Source: Thiohalomonadaceae bacterium
Lineage (GTDB): Bacteria; Pseudomonadota; Gammaproteobacteria; Thiohalomonadales; Thiohalomonadaceae
DNA length: 64,000 bases
Direction: 5' to 3'
Assembly (NCBI GenBank): GCA_041547565.1
Contig: JBFEUI010000001.1
Coordinates: 38-64,037, forward strand
Part shown: piece after piece, positions 54,240-62,733 of the stretch
Position numbering within the stretch: the stretch's first letter is position 1
How the letters are laid out: every line of letters begins with the position of its first letter
Notes under the pieces: generated by a model
The model's database searches: none
The model's input: the letters and a program-made list of their open reading frames with translations, nothing else
What the model was told of the DNA's origin: nothing
Program-made: the position numbers and the translations under genes

Positions 54240-55670
54240 TTACCCCTTTACACACACCATCGGTTCGAGCCGGGCCACCTTCCGGCTGAGCCCGGCGCTG
54301 TGTGCCGCATCGACCACCGCCGTCACGTCCTTGTAGGCACCCGGCGCCTCCTCGGCCACACCGCGCAGCGACGGACTGCGGATGAGAATGCCTCGATAGG
54401 CCAGGTCATCGATCACCTTGTTGCCGCGCCAGCGCTTCTTCGCAGCATGGCGGCTCATCGCGCGGCCCGCCCCGTGGCAGGCGGAGCTGAAGGCCAGTTG
54501 TTCCGATTGCGCAGTGCCGGCGAGAATATAGGAGGCCGTCCCCATCGAACCGCCGATAATCACCGGCTGCCCGCTTGAGCGGTAGTCCGGCGGCAACTCA
54601 CCGTGTCCCGGGCCGAAAGCCCGCGTAGCCCCCTTGCGGTGCACATAGAGCCGGCGTTTTATACCCTCGACTTCATGCTCCTCCAGCTTGCAGGTGTTGT
54701 GGGAGACATCGTAGAGCAGCCGCAGCTTGGCATCATCAAAGATCGTGGCGAAGGCCCGGCGCGTCAGGTGGGTAATGATCTGACGGTTGGCCAGGGCGCA
54801 ATTGATACCGGCGCGCATCGCCCCCAGATAGCGCTGTCCCACCGGCGAGTCGATGGGGGCACAGGCCAGTTCCCGTTCGGGCAGTTCAATGCCGTGGTCT
54901 TTCGCTGCCAGCGTCATCGACTTGAGGTACTCGGTGCCGATCTGGTGGCCCAGTCCGCGCGAACCGCAATGGATACTCACCACCACCTCGCCCTGCTTCA
55001 GACCGTAGGCTGCGGCCGCCCCATCATCGTAGATCGCGGCAACATGCTGCACCTCGAGGTAGTGGTTGCCCGAACCGAGCGTACCCATCTCCTTGTGCTG
55101 GCGCTTCTTGGCATGGTCGGAGACATGCTTCGGCTCGGCACCGCTCATTTGTCCGCGCTCTTCACAGTATTCCAGATCACGCGCCTCACCGTAGCCCTGT
55201 TCGACCGCCCAGCGCGCGCCACCACGCAACATCGCATCCATGCCGCGGTTATCCAGCACGATACCACCGGTACTGCCGACACCGGCGGGCACCGAGTAGT
55301 AAAGGGCATCGGCGAGTTGCTCCTTGTGCCGTTCGACCTGTTCCCTGGTCAGCCCGGTCAGCAGGGTGCGCACACCGCAGGAAATATCGAAACCGACACC
55401 CCCGGCGGAGACCACGCCGCCCTGCGCCGGATCAAAGGCGGCGACACCGCCTATGGGGAAACCGTAGCCCCAATGGGCATCAGGCATGGCGTAGGAGGCC
55501 TTGATGATGCCCGGCAGCGTGGCCACGTTGATCGCCTGCTCGAACACCTTGTCATCCATCGCCTCGATAAGTTGCCGATCGGCATAAAAAAGCGCCGGCA
55601 CCCGCATCGCACCATGGGCGTCAATCTGCCAGCAGTTTTCGTTGATTTGCTCAAGACGTGCCATCGCCAC
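54240..55670 (-). CDS. rtcB: RNA-splicing ligase RtcB
   Basis: 476 aa. Signatures PDAHWGYGFPIGG, SIHCGSRGLGHQ and AHGAGR. Confidence 0.95.
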   Translation of the reverse strand: MAMARLEQINENCWQIDAHGAMRVPALFYADRQLIEAMDDKVFEQAINVATLPGIIKASYAMPDAHWGYGFPIGGVAAFDPAQGGVVSAGGVGFDISCGVRTLLTGLTREQVERHKEQLADALYYSVPAGVGSTGGIVLDNRGMDAMLRGGARWAVEQGYGEARDLEYCEERGQMSGAEPKHVSDHAKKRQHKEMGTLGSGNHYLEVQHVAAIYDDGAAAAYGLKQGEVVVSIHCGSRGLGHQIGTEYLKSMTLAAKDHGIELPERELACAPIDSPVGQRYLGAMRAGINCALANRQIITHLTRRAFATIFDDAKLRLLYDVSHNTCKLEEHEVEGIKRRLYVHRKGATRAFGPGHGELPPDYRSSGQPVIIGGSMGTASYILAGTAQSEQLAFSSACHGAGRAMSRHAAKKRWRGNKVIDDLAYRGILIRSPSLRGVAEEAPGAYKDVTAVVDAAHSAGLSRKVARLEPMVCVKG

Positions 55671-55673
55671 CCC

Positions 55674-56111
55674 TCATACATCGACCACACAACGCACACG
55701 CCAGTGATCCCCGGCCAGTTGCCTGACCTCAAGCGCGGTATAGGTGGCCCCCTTGATCTCCACCGCCGGCTGGTGGCGCTGCCGCTCCAAGGCTTCCCCC
55801 CAGGCCTTCGCCTCAAGCACCTCATCGGTGATCGAGACCTCAAAGCGACTGAACAGCATCTTCCGCACCGCCATCTCATAGATCAGCGCATTGAGCCAAT
55901 CGACCAGTAGCAGTTCGCTATCCGGCGCCTCGCAGTGGATCGGCACCGCCTTTTCCGCCCTGACCGTGTGCGGATCGGCAACCACGGCAGTCAGGGCCAG
56001 CGCGGCCTGGGCAAAGGCTTCATCGAGTGTCGCACCCTCGCCCTGCACACCGATATCCGCCTGATGTGAAAAGTGGCGCCACTGCGCCGGAGTGTTGCTG
56101 TTATCGACCAC
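55674..56111 (-). CDS. Archease (RtcB activator)
   Basis: WRHFSHQADIGVQGEGATLDEAF N-terminal signature and C-terminal KGATY. Start proposed at GTG 56111-56109 behind GGGAGA. The long 263-aa ORF form would overlap tsaB. Confidence 0.82.
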   Translation of the reverse strand: MVDNSNTPAQWRHFSHQADIGVQGEGATLDEAFAQAALALTAVVADPHTVRAEKAVPIHCEAPDSELLLVDWLNALIYEMAVRKMLFSRFEVSITDEVLEAKAWGEALERQRHQPAVEIKGATYTALEVRQLAGDHWRVRCVVDV

Positions 56112-56190
56112 GCATTCTCCCGTTACTGGAGAAAGCTTAGCCGATAGCCGGCAGATACGCCTGCCGGAAAAAGGAGATAAGCTGAGGCGC

Positions 56191-56880
56191 TCAGGCCTTG
56201 CGCTGCGGGTTCTGCACCACCTGGTCGCGCAGGTAGACCGGCAGGGCCTCGTGTGCCGCGACAGCTTGGCCCGCTGCAAAGTCCCGGGCGGCAAGCAGCG
56301 CAACATCCCGGGCGTGGGGGTAGTGCTCGGCCTCGTAGCCGTCCAGCTTGCCGTCAAAGATACGGCCAAGCTCAGTCTCGTAGGCGGCCCAGCCACTGCC
56401 GGCACCGAACCAGCCTCCCCCTTCCGGCAACGGCAGGTTGTCGGGCGTGCATAGCGCATCGGCAATCACCGGCTGCATCAAACCGTTGCCATCGTCACTG
56501 TAGGCCGCGGCATAGATCTCCTGCATGCGGGCATCGATGGCGGGAATCACACGGCCTTTACCCCATTGGCGCAACGCGCCCTGCGCCATCGCGGCGAGGG
56601 TGGAGACCGGCACGACCGGCAGCTCGGCGGCGAAGGCGATCCCCTGCACCACCCCGGCACCGATACGCAAACCGGTGAAGGCACCCGGTCCGCGCCCGAG
56701 GGCCACGGCATCGAGTGACGCCGGTGCCAGTCCCGCCTCGGCCAGCAGGCTATCGGCCATGCCCAGCACCAGCTCCGCGTGCTGGCGGGGAGCAAGTTCA
56801 AACCGCTCACGGATATCACCCTGATACAGCAGCGCTGCCGAACAGGCCTCGGTCGAGGTATCGATTGCCAGAATTTTCAT
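56191..56880 (-). CDS. tsaB: tRNA threonylcarbamoyladenosine biosynthesis protein TsaB
   Basis: MKILAIDTSTEACSAAL and GPGAFTGLRIG motifs. Confidence 0.94.
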   Translation of the reverse strand: MKILAIDTSTEACSAALLYQGDIRERFELAPRQHAELVLGMADSLLAEAGLAPASLDAVALGRGPGAFTGLRIGAGVVQGIAFAAELPVVPVSTLAAMAQGALRQWGKGRVIPAIDARMQEIYAAAYSDDGNGLMQPVIADALCTPDNLPLPEGGGWFGAGSGWAAYETELGRIFDGKLDGYEAEHYPHARDVALLAARDFAAGQAVAAHEALPVYLRDQVVQNPQRKA

Positions 56881-56899
56881 GTACTAAACAAATAGGTGA

Positions 56900-57023
56900 G
56901 TAGGACGGGACATTATCCCGCAAGGGAGTACCAAGGTCCACGCACCCGCGGCATACCGTCCATCCATGGAGCGCCGCTCCTGTGCGTCCATGCACCCGCG
57001 GCATACCGTCCATCCATGGACAT
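56900..57023 (-). repeat. GGA/palindrome-rich repeat block with a 50-nt tandem duplication; homologous to 7757-7810
   Basis: 34-nt copies at 56937-56970 and 56987-57020 (33/34 identical). GTCCATCCATGGAC palindromes. 8 GGA on the minus strand. Abuts the omp terminator T-tract. Confidence 0.6.
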
Positions 57024-57055
57024 AAAAAACCCGGAGCCGCGCAACGACTCCGGGT
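57024..57055 (-). terminator. Intrinsic terminator of the outer-membrane protein gene
   Basis: Minus strand reads ACCCGGAG-11 nt-CTCCGGGT followed by TTTTTT. Confidence 0.8.
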
Positions 57056-57074
57056 GATATGCAAGACCTTGCGA

Positions 57075-57749
57075 TTAAAAACCGTAACTGATGCCCAGCG
57101 CCACGACCGGATACCAGGTGAAGTTTTCCAGTTCGTCCTCGGCATCGGCCTCTTCTGCCCGGATCTCGGACTCAGGTACTGCACTTAGAACGGTCCCCGT
57201 TGCCTTCAGATCCACCGTGGGTGAACCCTGGTATACCGCGCCCAGGTCGAAGGAGAAACCAAAGCCCTTCTTGCCCGCATTGCCGAAACCCAGTCCCACA
57301 TAGGGGCCGTTGTCGAACTCGACGCTGCCGGTCAGCTTATCATCGGCACCCACGGCATAGTCGACATCATTGATTTCAACCACACCAGCGGATGGTTTTG
57401 CCGTCATACTGATTTCATTGTTGTTGAAGACGTAGCCCACGCTCAGACGGAAGGTGCTCTCCCCGGGGTGCCAGTCGAGCATCAGCGCAGTGCTTTGCCA
57501 GTCCAGATCCGCATCGTACTTGATATCCGACTCGGTCATGCTTTCACTGCGCGAGAAGCCGTTGTAACTGATACGTCCGCTGATCGAATCGGTAAACGCC
57601 TTGGTAAGCTCCGCACCGTATCCCAGTGTGCCAACCTTCAAACCCAAACCGAATCCGGCACCGCCCGTCTCACCCTCGGCGAATGCAACACCCTGCATAC
57701 CCAGCAGCGTCGCGCATAGAGCCAGACCGCACAAACCGCGTTTTTTCAT
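57075..57749 (-). CDS. Outer membrane beta-barrel protein (small porin/OmpA-like barrel family)
   Basis: Signal peptide ending AFA, alternating amphipathic beta-strands, and C-terminal ...GISYGF. Confidence 0.8.
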   Translation of the reverse strand: MKKRGLCGLALCATLLGMQGVAFAEGETGGAGFGLGLKVGTLGYGAELTKAFTDSISGRISYNGFSRSESMTESDIKYDADLDWQSTALMLDWHPGESTFRLSVGYVFNNNEISMTAKPSAGVVEINDVDYAVGADDKLTGSVEFDNGPYVGLGFGNAGKKGFGFSFDLGAVYQGSPTVDLKATGTVLSAVPESEIRAEEADAEDELENFTWYPVVALGISYGF

Positions 57750-57804
57750 TGATCCTCTCCCTTGTTGTCACTCATCACTGAATCTTAGCCACACATTATA
57801 ATCT

Positions 57805-59745
57805 TCAGCTCGATTGCGCCAGCCTGCCCAGTTCACGATTTCGGGCAAAAAAACGCTGTACCACCTCAAACTTGCGGGTACGGCTCATCGGCGGCAGGCT
57901 ATCGAGAAAAACACGACCGTAGGCACGCGTCCCCAGGCGCGGGTCGCACAGCACCAGGGCACCGGTATCATTCACGTCACGAATCAGGCGTCCCACCCCC
58001 TGCTTCAGACTGATGACCGCCTGCGGCAGCTGGAAGTCGAAAAACGGATTGCCCCCGCCACGGCGGATGGCATCGATGCGCGCCTGCAGTACCGGGTCGC
58101 CCGGTGAGGCAAACGGCAACTTGTCGATCAGCACCAGCGACAGCGCCTCGCCCCGCACATCGACGCCTTCCCAGAAACTGCCAGTGCCCAGCAGCACCGC
58201 GTTACCCAATTCGCGAAAACGCTCCAGCAAGCGTGCCCGCGGCGCCTCGCCCTGCACCAGCAACGGGTAATCGGTGCGCCCTCGCAGCAGCCCCGCCGCC
58301 TGCTGCAGGGCGCGGTGGCTGGTAAACAGCAGGAAGGCACGTCCCTCGCTCTCCTTCAGCAACTCACAGGCCAGGTCGACAACGGATGCGGTGTAATCGG
58401 GATGGTTCGGCTCGGGCATCGCCGGCGGCACGTAGAGCAGTGCCTGGCGGGGAAAGTCGAACGGGCTCTCCCAGCGGCAGGTGCGGGCCTCGCCCAGCCC
58501 CATGCGACGCTGAAAATGTTCAAAACCCTCACCCACTGCCAGCGTGGCCGAGGTCAAGATCCAACTTGCCGGGTGTGCCTCGACCTTGTCCCGAAAGACA
58601 TCCGCCACATCCAGCGGTGTGAAGTTCACGCTAAACGAGCGTTTGTGGGTTTCAAACCAGTGGATATAGTTCTCCAGCGAGGGACCTGTGAGGGTGTTGA
58701 AACTTGCAGCCAGTTCCTTGCAGCGGCGCTGACAGTTCTCCAGTCCCTTGCCCCGGGAGGCCAGTGGTTCCAGCGCCGCCGCCAACTTATCGAGGCTCTC
58801 GCGTACGAGGGTAATGGCATCGATGATACCCTGCTGCGTGGCCACTTCGTGCCACTGTCCACGACGCAGCTCCTTGCCGAAGGCAAGCCGTAGATCCCGT
58901 GTCGCCTTTTCCAGGTGACCGGCAGCCTTGCGCAGCCGCGCTGTCTCACCGGCCTCACGCAAATCCTCGGCAATCGAGTCACGCGCCAGTTCGAACAGCT
59001 GGTTGCCGCTTATCGCCATGCCAAAGAAATTGGAGGCGGTCTCCGGCAGCTGGTGCGCCTCGTCAAGGATAAAGGCGTTGGCACCGGGCAGCAGTTCACC
59101 AAAGCCTTCATCGCGTAGTGCCATGTCGGCGAAGAGCAGGTGGTGGTTCACTACCAGAATATCGGCCTCCTGGGCCCGGCGCCGGGCATACCCCAGGTAG
59201 CACTCCTCGATAAAATCGCAGTCACTGCCCAGGCAATTGTCGGCCGTCGAGGTGACCCGTGACCAGATGGGCGAGTCCTCCGGCAGTTCGGACAGCTCGG
59301 CAATGTCACCGCTGCGTGTGCTGCTGGACCACTGCCTGATCTGCTGCAATTCAGCGATCTGGCTGCGGGTATTGAAGTGCCCCTCGGTCAGCGCCAGGTG
59401 CAGGCGGTGGGGACAGAGGTAATTGGCCCGCCCCTTGAGCAGTGCCACATCAACCGGTACGGCCAGGGCATCGCGCACCAACGGCAGGTCCTTGTGAAAG
59501 AGCTGGTCCTGCAGGTTTTTGGTGCCGGTGGAGATGATGACCTTGTGGCCGGAGAGCAGTGCCGGTACGAGATAGGCGAAGGTCTTGCCGGTCCCGGTGC
59601 CAGCCTCGGCAATAAGCACCCCCTGATGCGCGAGTGCCTCGGCCACCGCCTCGGCCATCTCCTGTTGCGCTGCTCGCGGAGCAAAACCAGGCAGCTTCTG
59701 TGCCAGAATACCGTTGGCGCCGAGGAGTTCCGAGATCGATTGCAT
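57805..59745 (-). CDS. yoaA: ATP-dependent DNA helicase, DinG/YoaA family (Fe-S XPD-like)
   Basis: 646 aa. AEAGTGTGKTFAYLVPAL Walker A, DEAH box (LDEAHQL) and a Cys cluster CLGSDCDFIEEC. N-terminus aligns with E. coli YoaA, and yoaA-tsaB neighbourhood is as in E. coli. Confidence 0.88.
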   Translation of the reverse strand: MQSISELLGANGILAQKLPGFAPRAAQQEMAEAVAEALAHQGVLIAEAGTGTGKTFAYLVPALLSGHKVIISTGTKNLQDQLFHKDLPLVRDALAVPVDVALLKGRANYLCPHRLHLALTEGHFNTRSQIAELQQIRQWSSSTRSGDIAELSELPEDSPIWSRVTSTADNCLGSDCDFIEECYLGYARRRAQEADILVVNHHLLFADMALRDEGFGELLPGANAFILDEAHQLPETASNFFGMAISGNQLFELARDSIAEDLREAGETARLRKAAGHLEKATRDLRLAFGKELRRGQWHEVATQQGIIDAITLVRESLDKLAAALEPLASRGKGLENCQRRCKELAASFNTLTGPSLENYIHWFETHKRSFSVNFTPLDVADVFRDKVEAHPASWILTSATLAVGEGFEHFQRRMGLGEARTCRWESPFDFPRQALLYVPPAMPEPNHPDYTASVVDLACELLKESEGRAFLLFTSHRALQQAAGLLRGRTDYPLLVQGEAPRARLLERFRELGNAVLLGTGSFWEGVDVRGEALSLVLIDKLPFASPGDPVLQARIDAIRRGGGNPFFDFQLPQAVISLKQGVGRLIRDVNDTGALVLCDPRLGTRAYGRVFLDSLPPMSRTRKFEVVQRFFARNRELGRLAQSS

Positions 59746-59788
59746 GGGGGTTGGGAAAGTAAATTAAAAGCAGGTTTCAGGGGCGGCG

Positions 59789-60304
59789 TCAGGCATCGCG
59801 GAAGTTATCCCACACCTCATCCTCGATGATCCCCTCTTCACGGGTCCAGATCAGCTGGCTGATATTTCTGAACTTGTTCACCGACATGGCGCCGCGCTTG
59901 CTGCGTTTTTCCGACTGGCCCGCCTTATCCTCGAGCGCCGCGAGGATGGCGTCACGATCGGCCTCGTAGATCTCGACCGGTTCATAGTTTTCATCCATGA
60001 GCAGCAGCATGATGCTGTCCCACTCCTGCTCCTGTTTAACCTGGCCGATACGCTGTCCCGACTTTTTCTCGTCGAAGATCGCGCGCCCCTTGATCTGGAT
60101 CTTCTTCCCCCGCCACGGTCCGCTGCGACCCAGCGCGTCATAGCCGCCGGGCGGAGGCTGGATCAGTTCCAGGTCCAGCAGGCGCGATACGTCGTAGTTG
60201 GCGATCTCGGCAGTCACGGGCAGGGGCTGGCCGGTTGCCTGGCGGTATTCCGCGGCCAGTTTCCTTGTTTGCGCCATCAACTTGTCGACCGAATAGAGAT
60301 CCAT
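59789..60304 (-). CDS. Hypothetical protein with a possible PD-(D/E)xK nuclease-like core
   Basis: 171 aa from ATG 60304. GGYDALGRSGPWRGKKIQIKGR fits D-x(13)-Q-x-K. 43 nt upstream of yoaA on the same strand. Confidence 0.65.
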   Translation of the reverse strand: MDLYSVDKLMAQTRKLAAEYRQATGQPLPVTAEIANYDVSRLLDLELIQPPPGGYDALGRSGPWRGKKIQIKGRAIFDEKKSGQRIGQVKQEQEWDSIMLLLMDENYEPVEIYEADRDAILAALEDKAGQSEKRSKRGAMSVNKFRNISQLIWTREEGIIEDEVWDNFRDA

Positions 60305-60484
60305 TTTCGCCTGCTTGAAACACTGTCTAACCGAACTATACACGTAAAGCCCTGAGGCTCCCAATCCTATTTATCGTAAACAAGGCGTTATTTCTTTAGT
60401 AAACAATGATTTGCTTTCCATCCCCGGGCAATGCTGGCATCATGAAAACAACCGGGCCATGGCCAGTTTTTATCGACACCGATC

Positions 60485-62062
60485 ATGACTGAAACCGCGC
60501 AACTGGAATCCCAGGCACGCCTGCTGCATGCGCTGCAGGAGGCCTCCCTCTATGACCATGCAGTGACCGGCTTCGAGTTGATCCAGACCCATATCTCCTG
60601 GGTACTGCTGACCGGTAACTATGTCTACAAGATTAAAAAGGCGGTGGACTTCGGCTTTCTCGACTACTCCACCCTTGAGCTGCGCCGCACACAGTGCCTG
60701 GAAGAGCTGCGCCTGAACCGCCGTACTGCCCCCGAGCTCTACCTTGATGTGATTGCCATAACCGGTAGCGCAGAACAGCCGGTGCTGAACGGGGACGGGC
60801 CGCCCATCGAGTATGCAGTAAAGATGCGCCAGTTCCCGCAGCAGGCGCTGCTCAGCCGGATGCTGGAGCGCGATGAACTGCATACCGAACAGATCAGTGC
60901 GCTTGCCGCTACGATTGCCGCCTTCCATGCACGTGTTGATCGGGCAGCGGCGGATTCGGCATTCGGCGCGCCCGCCGCCGTGTTTCATCCGGTGCAGGAG
61001 AACTTCGACCAGATCAGGGGGCTGATCAAGCAAGCGCAACTACTGGCACGGCTGGGAGCACTTGAGACCTGGAGCAGAAACAGCCATCTGCAACTGGAAG
61101 AGCTTATCCGCCGGCGCCGCAGGGAGGGTTTTGTGCGCGACTGCCACGGCGATCTCCACCTGAACAACGTCGCCTGGCTGGATGGGCATCCCGTGCTATT
61201 TGACTGCATCGAGTTCAATCCGTCGCTGCGTATCATCGATGTATTCAGTGAACTGGCATTCATTCTCATGGATCTCGAGGAACATCAACGTGCGGACCTC
61301 GCCAACCGCCTGCTCAACGACTATCTGGCGCAAACCGGCGATTACCAGGGAATGGGCGTACTGCGCTTCTACAAGGTCTACCGTGCCATGGTCAGGGCCA
61401 AGGTGGCCAGCCTGCGTCTGGCGCAAAACGGAATAACTGAAAAGGAAATCGCCGCGGTACAGCAGGGATTCTCCGGCTACCTCGACCTGGCCGAACACTA
61501 CATAGCACCACCCCGGCCTCGCCTGCTCATCACCCGTGGTCTCTCGGGCAGCGGCAAGAGCACCGTGGCGCGCGCCATGTGCGAAACAATGGGGGCCATA
61601 CAGTTGCGCTCTGATGTTGAACGCAAGCGGCTGTTCGGTATGACGGCCGATCAAAGCAGTGCATCCACGGTTGGAGGAGGTATATACACCCGCGAGGCCA
61701 CCGCCAAAACCTATGCGACACTGCTGACACAATCAGGGGTTATTCTGGATGCCGGCTACACGGTTATCGTTGACGCCACCTTCCTTGAGCGTGAGCAAAG
61801 AGATGCATTCCGGCAACTGGCCGAACGGCTGCACGTCGCGTTTAACATCCTGGACATCCAGGCGCCGCACAGCGTGCTTCGTGAACGCATCGAACAACGT
61901 CATCAGAGAGGAAGCGACGCCTCGGAGGCCGACCTTGCCGTTCTCGAGGCACAGTTGAAAAAATACCGGGGTGTCGACCGGGATGAACAACCCTGTACCC
62001 TTATAATCGATAGCGGTTCCGCACTTGATGTCGAACAGTTACATCGACAGCTAACGGACTAA
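60485..62062 (+). CDS. Bifunctional aminoglycoside-phosphotransferase-like kinase / P-loop (AAA_33-type) ATP-binding protein
   Basis: 525 aa. Catalytic loop CHGDLHLNN in the N-terminal half and Walker A GLSGSGKST in the C-terminal half. Confidence 0.85.
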   Translation: MTETAQLESQARLLHALQEASLYDHAVTGFELIQTHISWVLLTGNYVYKIKKAVDFGFLDYSTLELRRTQCLEELRLNRRTAPELYLDVIAITGSAEQPVLNGDGPPIEYAVKMRQFPQQALLSRMLERDELHTEQISALAATIAAFHARVDRAAADSAFGAPAAVFHPVQENFDQIRGLIKQAQLLARLGALETWSRNSHLQLEELIRRRRREGFVRDCHGDLHLNNVAWLDGHPVLFDCIEFNPSLRIIDVFSELAFILMDLEEHQRADLANRLLNDYLAQTGDYQGMGVLRFYKVYRAMVRAKVASLRLAQNGITEKEIAAVQQGFSGYLDLAEHYIAPPRPRLLITRGLSGSGKSTVARAMCETMGAIQLRSDVERKRLFGMTADQSSASTVGGGIYTREATAKTYATLLTQSGVILDAGYTVIVDATFLEREQRDAFRQLAERLHVAFNILDIQAPHSVLRERIEQRHQRGSDASEADLAVLEAQLKKYRGVDRDEQPCTLIIDSGSALDVEQLHRQLTD

Positions 62063-62072
62063 CGCACTTCGC

Positions 62073-62726
62073 ATGTCAGTCACCGCCATTTTACTGAGCA
62101 AGGAGATTACACTCGCCCTCAGCGTATACTGTGTGTGCATTGTGGCAGTAGAAGTTCTGGTCAATCGACTGCACCAAGGTGTCACTGATATCGGCATCAC
62201 AGCATGGATGGTGGAACACATCGCCCTGCCCCTCGCCCGTGCTGCCGTCCTGTCCCTGTTTGTACTCATCGCCTATCCCGCCCTGTTCGGCCTGGAGGCA
62301 GCCCCTCCTCTTGCACAGGTACTGTTCGCCGAGAACGGACGTCTCACGGCGCTGGTCAATCTGGCATTTGTCATCAGCCTGCTGTTGCCCCTGCTGCCAT
62401 TTGGCGGACGCAGGCAGGGGCTGATTCTGCCGCTGCAGGGCATCGCGCTGTCCATGCTGCTGTTCAACTGGACGGCAACAGCCATCGGCATCGATGACTA
62501 CAGTTACTGGCCGGGAACCGCCAATGCCGTGGCCGTCATTGCCATCAGCCTCATTGCGCCGCAGCTCGCACACCATATCAGCCACTGGTTGGGGGCACAT
62601 GTTGACCGCATCGCCACTCGCGAGGGATTCGAGGACCTGGTGTTCGAGGGGCTGCTGCTGTTTCTCCAGGCGCCCGCCATCATCGTCTACAGCCTGTCAC
62701 TGGGGCGGCAGCTTACACCTGGCTAG
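62073..62726 (+). CDS. Hypothetical polytopic membrane protein
   Basis: 217 aa with about 6 hydrophobic helices. Starts 10 nt after the kinase stop. Confidence 0.65.
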   Translation: MSVTAILLSKEITLALSVYCVCIVAVEVLVNRLHQGVTDIGITAWMVEHIALPLARAAVLSLFVLIAYPALFGLEAAPPLAQVLFAENGRLTALVNLAFVISLLLPLLPFGGRRQGLILPLQGIALSMLLFNWTATAIGIDDYSYWPGTANAVAVIAISLIAPQLAHHISHWLGAHVDRIATREGFEDLVFEGLLLFLQAPAIIVYSLSLGRQLTPG

Positions 62727-62733
62727 CACCCAG

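Noticed and set aside
54603-55910. 435-aa plus-strand ORF
   Set aside because: Antisense to rtcB and archease. It is a shadow ORF.
56148-56167. Possible sigma54 -24/-12 promoter or terminator upstream of archease/rtcB (CGGCAG-N-TCTGC on the minus strand; hairpin CCGGCAG/CTGCCGG)
   Set aside because: The GG-to-GC spacing is one nucleotide too long for the strict sigma54 consensus TGGCAC-N5-TTGC, and the first position is C. As a terminator, the T-tract precedes the stem on the minus strand instead of following it. I therefore make no call.
55674-56465. 263-aa long form of the archease ORF
   Set aside because: The N-terminal 117 aa would overlap tsaB on the same strand and look non-protein-like (Arg/Pro/Thr-rich). 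The archease signature starts near residue 125. A GTG at 56111 behind GGGAGA gives a normal 146-aa archease.
56816-57184. 122-aa minus-strand ORF spanning the omp-tsaB spacer
   Set aside because: It runs through the terminator and the repeat block and overlaps the 3' end of the omp gene in another frame. It is a repeat-derived chance ORF.
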